Assembly: GCA_009914755.4 (NCBI GenBank)
Contig: CP068257.2
Span: 5,632,001-5,696,000, forward strand
Direction: 5' to 3'
DNA length: 64,000 bases
Source: the human T2T-CHM13v2.0 reference genome, Homo sapiens
Shown here: one piece after another, positions 60,881 through 64,000 of the stretch
Layout of the letters: every line of letters begins with the position of its first letter
How positions within the stretch are numbered: position 1 is the first letter of the stretch
Program-made: the position numbers and the translations under genes
The notes under the pieces: generated by a model
Database searches by the model: none
Told to the model about the DNA's origin: nothing
The model's input: the letters and a program-made list of their open reading frames with translations, nothing else

Positions 60881-61695
60881 CTTGGGGGTGTTGGGGGGTG
60901 TGAGCTGGGGCTGGGGAGGGCAGAAGTATGCACCTACTGGGGTGGAGGGGACCCAAAACTCCCAATGGGAGCTGGCAGGAGGTCCTGGGAAGACGCCATG
61001 AAAGGATCCTACCAGGAAAGCGGCTCTAGGGCAGAGCATAAATTACGAGGGTCCTCCCAGGGAGCGCGGGCCTGAGTGGGAATGAGTGACCCGCGTGCAA
61101 TCTCGACCCTGACAGGACAGGACTGGCCTCAGCCGACCAGGCTCAGTTCTTTCCATTCCTGATATTTGACGGAAGGAGGCACCCAGTTCCTTGAAGGAAC
61201 TGAGGGGCAGGGAAGGAAGAAAGGTACTTAGGCTCAGAAGGGGCCACCAGGCATCCATTAACAAGGGAAACAAAAGGACGGCCCATCTATGCCTGTAGCC
61301 CAGGCGTAGGTCATACTTTCCACCAGAGGTGGGGACAGCACCCTCAGGGCAGCAGGGAATGGCCCTCTCTGGCCTCTCTGGCCCCGTGGCCTCCAGGAGC
61401 TCACCTTGTCTGAAGGAGCTTCCTCCCGGGAAGATGAGGTAGCACAGGGTGGGGTGAGACCACGTGGGCACAGGTCCCTGGCACGGGGAGGCCCCCGACC
61501 CATGACCTGCCCAGTGTCATGTCTATATCTGTGTGTTTAAGGCGTGCTTGCATGTTGTGTGTGGCCGCAGAGTCTCCCTCCCCTCTCAGCACCTGTGGGG
61601 GATGTGTGTGTGGAGATTGGAGTGTTTATTGGAGAGGGTCGCAGCGAGGAGGTGGATGGGGGCACCTGGGACTGCCTCAGAGGCCCAGGCAGTAC

Positions 61696-61850
61696 CTGAA
61701 CTGGGCTGCATCGCGGCACAGCTGCATGTTGGGCCGGTGTGAGAGCAGCTACAGCCGGGTCTGGGCTATGTGCAGAGGTTCCTCCTTGTCCTTGATGGCC
61801 TCCTTCAGTGCCACCACGTTGTGTTCCTGATCTGTGATTTCCCGCAGCAT
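61696..61850 (-). pseudogene. TEKT4: TEKT4-like exon (MLREITDQEHNVVALKEAIKDKEEPLHIAQTRL*LLSHRPNMQLCRDAAQF) carrying an in-frame TAG at 61749-61751 immediately before the conserved tektin RPN(V/M)ELCRD motif
   Basis: Acceptor ctgtctgcag|atgctgcgggaaatcacagatcag. Donor cagttcag|gtactgcc. The stop is followed in the same frame by LLSHRPNMQLCRDAAQF, so it is a nonsense substitution inside the exon rather than an exon end. Confidence 0.7.
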
Positions 61851-62463
61851 CTGCAGACAGGACAGTGCCCCTTGGGCCTGTGCCCCCATGCCCGGGCATA
61901 TGGAATGTAGAGACCAGTCTGGTCCTACCCAGCTCCTGGGGCTGTGTCCAGAGGGTGGTCCTGACCAGTGGCCCTGGGGAGGCGTGGGTGAGGGGAACAA
62001 TGTGCACGGGGCCCCCAGCGGGCTCTGGAGAGTCAGGCAGCCTGTTGTCTCTTAGCTCTGGTCCAAGAACCCCCATCCTTGGTGGTCACCAGGACCCAAA
62101 TCCTGCTCAAGGACTGGGGACTCAGAGGTGGTAAAGGCCATGCTGAGGCCCTAGAGTCAGAGCCCTGCCTGCCAGGCCAGGACTCTTGGGGACCTCCCAG
62201 GCAGTCAATGCTCCCCAGACCAGCTCCTGCCTCCATCCTCCCCACAGCTCCTCCTTCTCAGTCATGGGGGTTGCAACACACTGCGATCATACCCAGTGTC
62301 ACCTGGTTTTACATAGGTTTACGGAGAGGTGACACTTGCTTCTGGGGTCCCTCGGGATAAGTGGGACAGAGGAGAAAGGTGTTGAGGGCCCAGGCCAGGT
62401 GATGAGAGGGGGCAGAGTGGTGGGCAGGCGCCGGAGCCGTCTTCGGGGTTCAGGGTGCCCCAC

Positions 62464-62694
62464 CTTGTGCAGGTGGTGCTGCAGCTTGTGCCGCGCGTCC
62501 TCCAGTTCCTCACAGCGGCGCCCGAAGGCCAGGTTCACGGCGTCACACTGGAGTCCCAGGTCCTCGGAGGTGTCGCGAAGGATGCAGTCCACCAGCACCC
62601 ACAGGTTGGCCGAGTCCAGGCGCTCGCGCTGGGCGTGGCACAGATTGTCCTGTGTGAACTTGGTCCGGGTCTCTGGGGTGGAGGCGCTGCGGGG
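62464..62694 (-). pseudogene. TEKT4: TEKT4-like exon (PRSASTPETRTKFTQDNLCHAQRERLDSANLWVLVDCILRDTSEDLGLQCDAVNLAFGRRCEELEDARHKLQHHLHK), 231 nt, phase 0 at both ends
   Basis: Acceptor is a polypyrimidine tract ...ccctctcctggctgtccccag|ccccgcagc. Donor ...ctgcacaag|gtggggcac. It corresponds to ORF 62299..62598(-). Confidence 0.65.
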
Positions 62695-63392
62695 CTGGGG
62701 ACAGCCAGGAGAGGGTCAGGGAGGCTATGCCAGTGGCTGGGGGCCCTGCCGCGCCCCCATTCCCTGTCTGCACCCCATGCTCCTGGAGGAACTGCATGGA
62801 CTCCAATGCACCCCGTGCAGACTCACAAAGCCCAGTCCCCCAAGCTCCCTGCCTCCGAGTGCCCCCCGCCCACAACTCCCCTGAGTCCACCCACACCCTA
62901 CCCACCCCGGGCACTTAGTCCCCTCCTGCCCCCGCGACCCCGTTCCCAGCACCGCTGCCCCCAAGGCCCCCTCTGCAGCACCTCCGTCCCCCGCAGCCCC
63001 CCTTCCCTAGTACCCAGCGCCCGCGTCCGCTTCTCGCACCCAGGAGTTTGCCATGCTCAAGTGGGCGGTGGTCGTGCTCCCTCTGCTGGCCTTGGGTGGA
63101 AATGCAATCCTGCCGGCGCCTGGGGCTGACCGCATCCCACCCTGTCCTGTCTACGGGCAACCAGGCTGTGCACGCGCTGGGCACTTGAGGAGGTCTTGCA
63201 CGCTTTCTCATGCCAGGGGCAGACAGTTGCCCAAGTGCCCTCGGGGGCGAGGGCCTCTGGGCCAGGCTGGGGGAAGCAGCGCCGCTGGGGCCCCCAGGCA
63301 GAGGGAGGCGAGACCACAGCCAGGGCAAGCACGGGGACAGAGCTGGGGTCCCCATCTCTTGGAAGGTGGTGGAGTGCCGGATGAGCCTGCAC

Positions 63393-63498
63393 CTCGGTGC
63401 TCTGGCTGTGGTGGCGCCCGAAAGTCTCGTCGAGGTTGTAGGCCTCCACCTTGTCCGACCAGTCCATCTCGCAGATCTCCGTGTGCTCTCTGTTCAGT
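63393..63498 (-). pseudogene. TEKT4: TEKT4-like exon (xLNREHTEICEMDWSDKVEAYNLDETFGRHHSQSTE). The 3' boundary is uncertain: donor taken as gag|gtgcag, and the exon could extend to ~63380.
   Basis: Acceptor ccccgccccag|actgaacagagagcacacggagatctgcgagatggactgg. It is part of ORF 63057..63548(-). Confidence 0.5.
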
Positions 63499-63875
63499 CT
63501 GGGGCGGGGTGGGGCAGGGTCTTGGTGTGTGGCCAGGGAGGGCCCCACTGGGTACCCTCCATGCTGCAGGCTAGGCCTTCATGCCCGCTTCAGGAGGGAG
63601 CTCTGGGCCGGCTGTCCTTGTGCTCAGCAGTGACGAAGAGCTGCCGCCCATGCTGGGAGGCTGCAGATCAGTTGTGGCACTGGGCTTTGGCCACTCAAAC
63701 TCAGGCTGGGCTGGAACCTCCCCCACCCAGCCCTGTGCTCCCACTGTGACCTGGGACAGCCCCTGCCGGCTCTGAGCTTCAGGGTTCTGTCGTTCAATGC
63801 CTTGCCCCAGGACCAGCCGTGGGTGGGGTCAGGAGTCATCCCTTGGGCAGCCCTCGACCCAAGGGTCTGGCTCAC

Positions 63876-63932
63876 TGCTTGCACGATGGCTCTCTTCAGC
63901 AGCTCCTTAATGTTCCGGATGGGCTCAGCTTC
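63876..63932 (-). pseudogene. TEKT4: TEKT4-like exon (EAEPIRNIKELLKRAIVQA). The 3' boundary and phase relative to the next exon are unresolved.
   Basis: Acceptor ...ctcctccctcag|gaagctgagcccatccggaacattaaggagctgctgaagagagccatcgtgcaagca followed by the gtgagc donor-like motif. The phase-0 end conflicts with the phase-1 start of the following exon, so there is either a different donor or a lesion. Confidence 0.4.
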
Positions 63933-64000
63933 CTGAGGGAGGAGACGCCCTGAGCACCAGATCCGGTCCTTGGTGAGGATCCCAGGAGGCCCAGCTGCTG

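Larger units (their letters stand above)
60600..64000 (-). pseudogene. TEKT4: Tektin-4 (TEKT4)-like gene copy. The 3' five exons lie in the window; upstream exons lie beyond 64000. It has an in-frame TAG and a probably damaged splice acceptor, so it is most likely one of the TEKT4 pseudogene paralogs rather than functional TEKT4.
   Basis: Minus-strand exon-like blocks encode the tektin signature. They read EAEPIRNIKELLKRAIVQA / LNREHTEICEMDWSDKVEAYNLDETFGRHHSQSTE / PRSASTPETRTKFTQDNLCHAQRERLDSANLWVLVDCILRDTSEDLGLQCDAVNLAFGRRCEELEDARHKLQHHLHK / MLREITDQEHNVVALKEAIKDKEEPLHIAQTRL*LLSHRPNMQLCRDAAQF / LVSEVEELYKSITALREKLLQAEQSLRNLKDIHMSLEKDVTAMTNSLFIDRQKCMAHRTCYPTILQLAGYQ*. Confidence 0.7.

Overview
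This window is primate (almost certainly human) genomic DNA of the segmental-duplication type seen in pericentromeric, acrocentric short-arm and subtelomeric regions. It is not a prokaryotic locus and holds no intact protein-coding gene. About half of it is tandem repeat, in five blocks.

- An ~9.1 kb array of a diverged 18-bp satellite (consensus ~GGCCTGATGTCCACCTGG) at 20775-29850. Strand polarity switches several times, and a MaLR LTR is inserted in it.
- A directly adjoining ~5.4 kb array of a ~196-215 bp GC/CpG-rich satellite at 29866-35310.
- A truncated subtelomere/telomere module on the + strand at 35312-36432. It runs from GC-rich 29/37-bp repeats through ~61-bp repeats (the '61-29-37' CpG island known as the TERRA promoter) and a TAR1-like pre-telomeric stretch to a degenerate (TTAGGG)n tract with TCAGGG/TTGGGG variants. 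That tract ends abruptly at 36432 against a 3'-truncated antisense L1.
- An ~2 kb array of a ~76-bp satellite at 39421-41380, built as two mirror-image halves and pierced by a young Alu with a perfect 15-bp TSD.
- A very homogeneous 30-bp AT-rich minisatellite at 14800-15405, sitting at the A-tail of an Alu.

Two gene-derived segments are present, and both are disabled.

- An unprocessed ASNS-derived pseudogene fragment on the + strand. Two coding exons keep their introns; the ATG is lost, a 2-nt insertion shifts the frame, and there are three stop codons.
- The 3' portion of a tektin-4 (TEKT4)-like copy on the - strand. It has an in-frame TAG at a conserved Tyr and probable splice-site damage.

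The remainder is Alu, L1, MaLR and Tigger fragments and microsatellites. The many ORFs in the supplied six-frame track are repeat, L1 or GC-rich artefacts apart from the pseudogene exons. All coordinates are hand-counted and approximate to within a few bases. Family names for the three satellites could not be assigned from memory.
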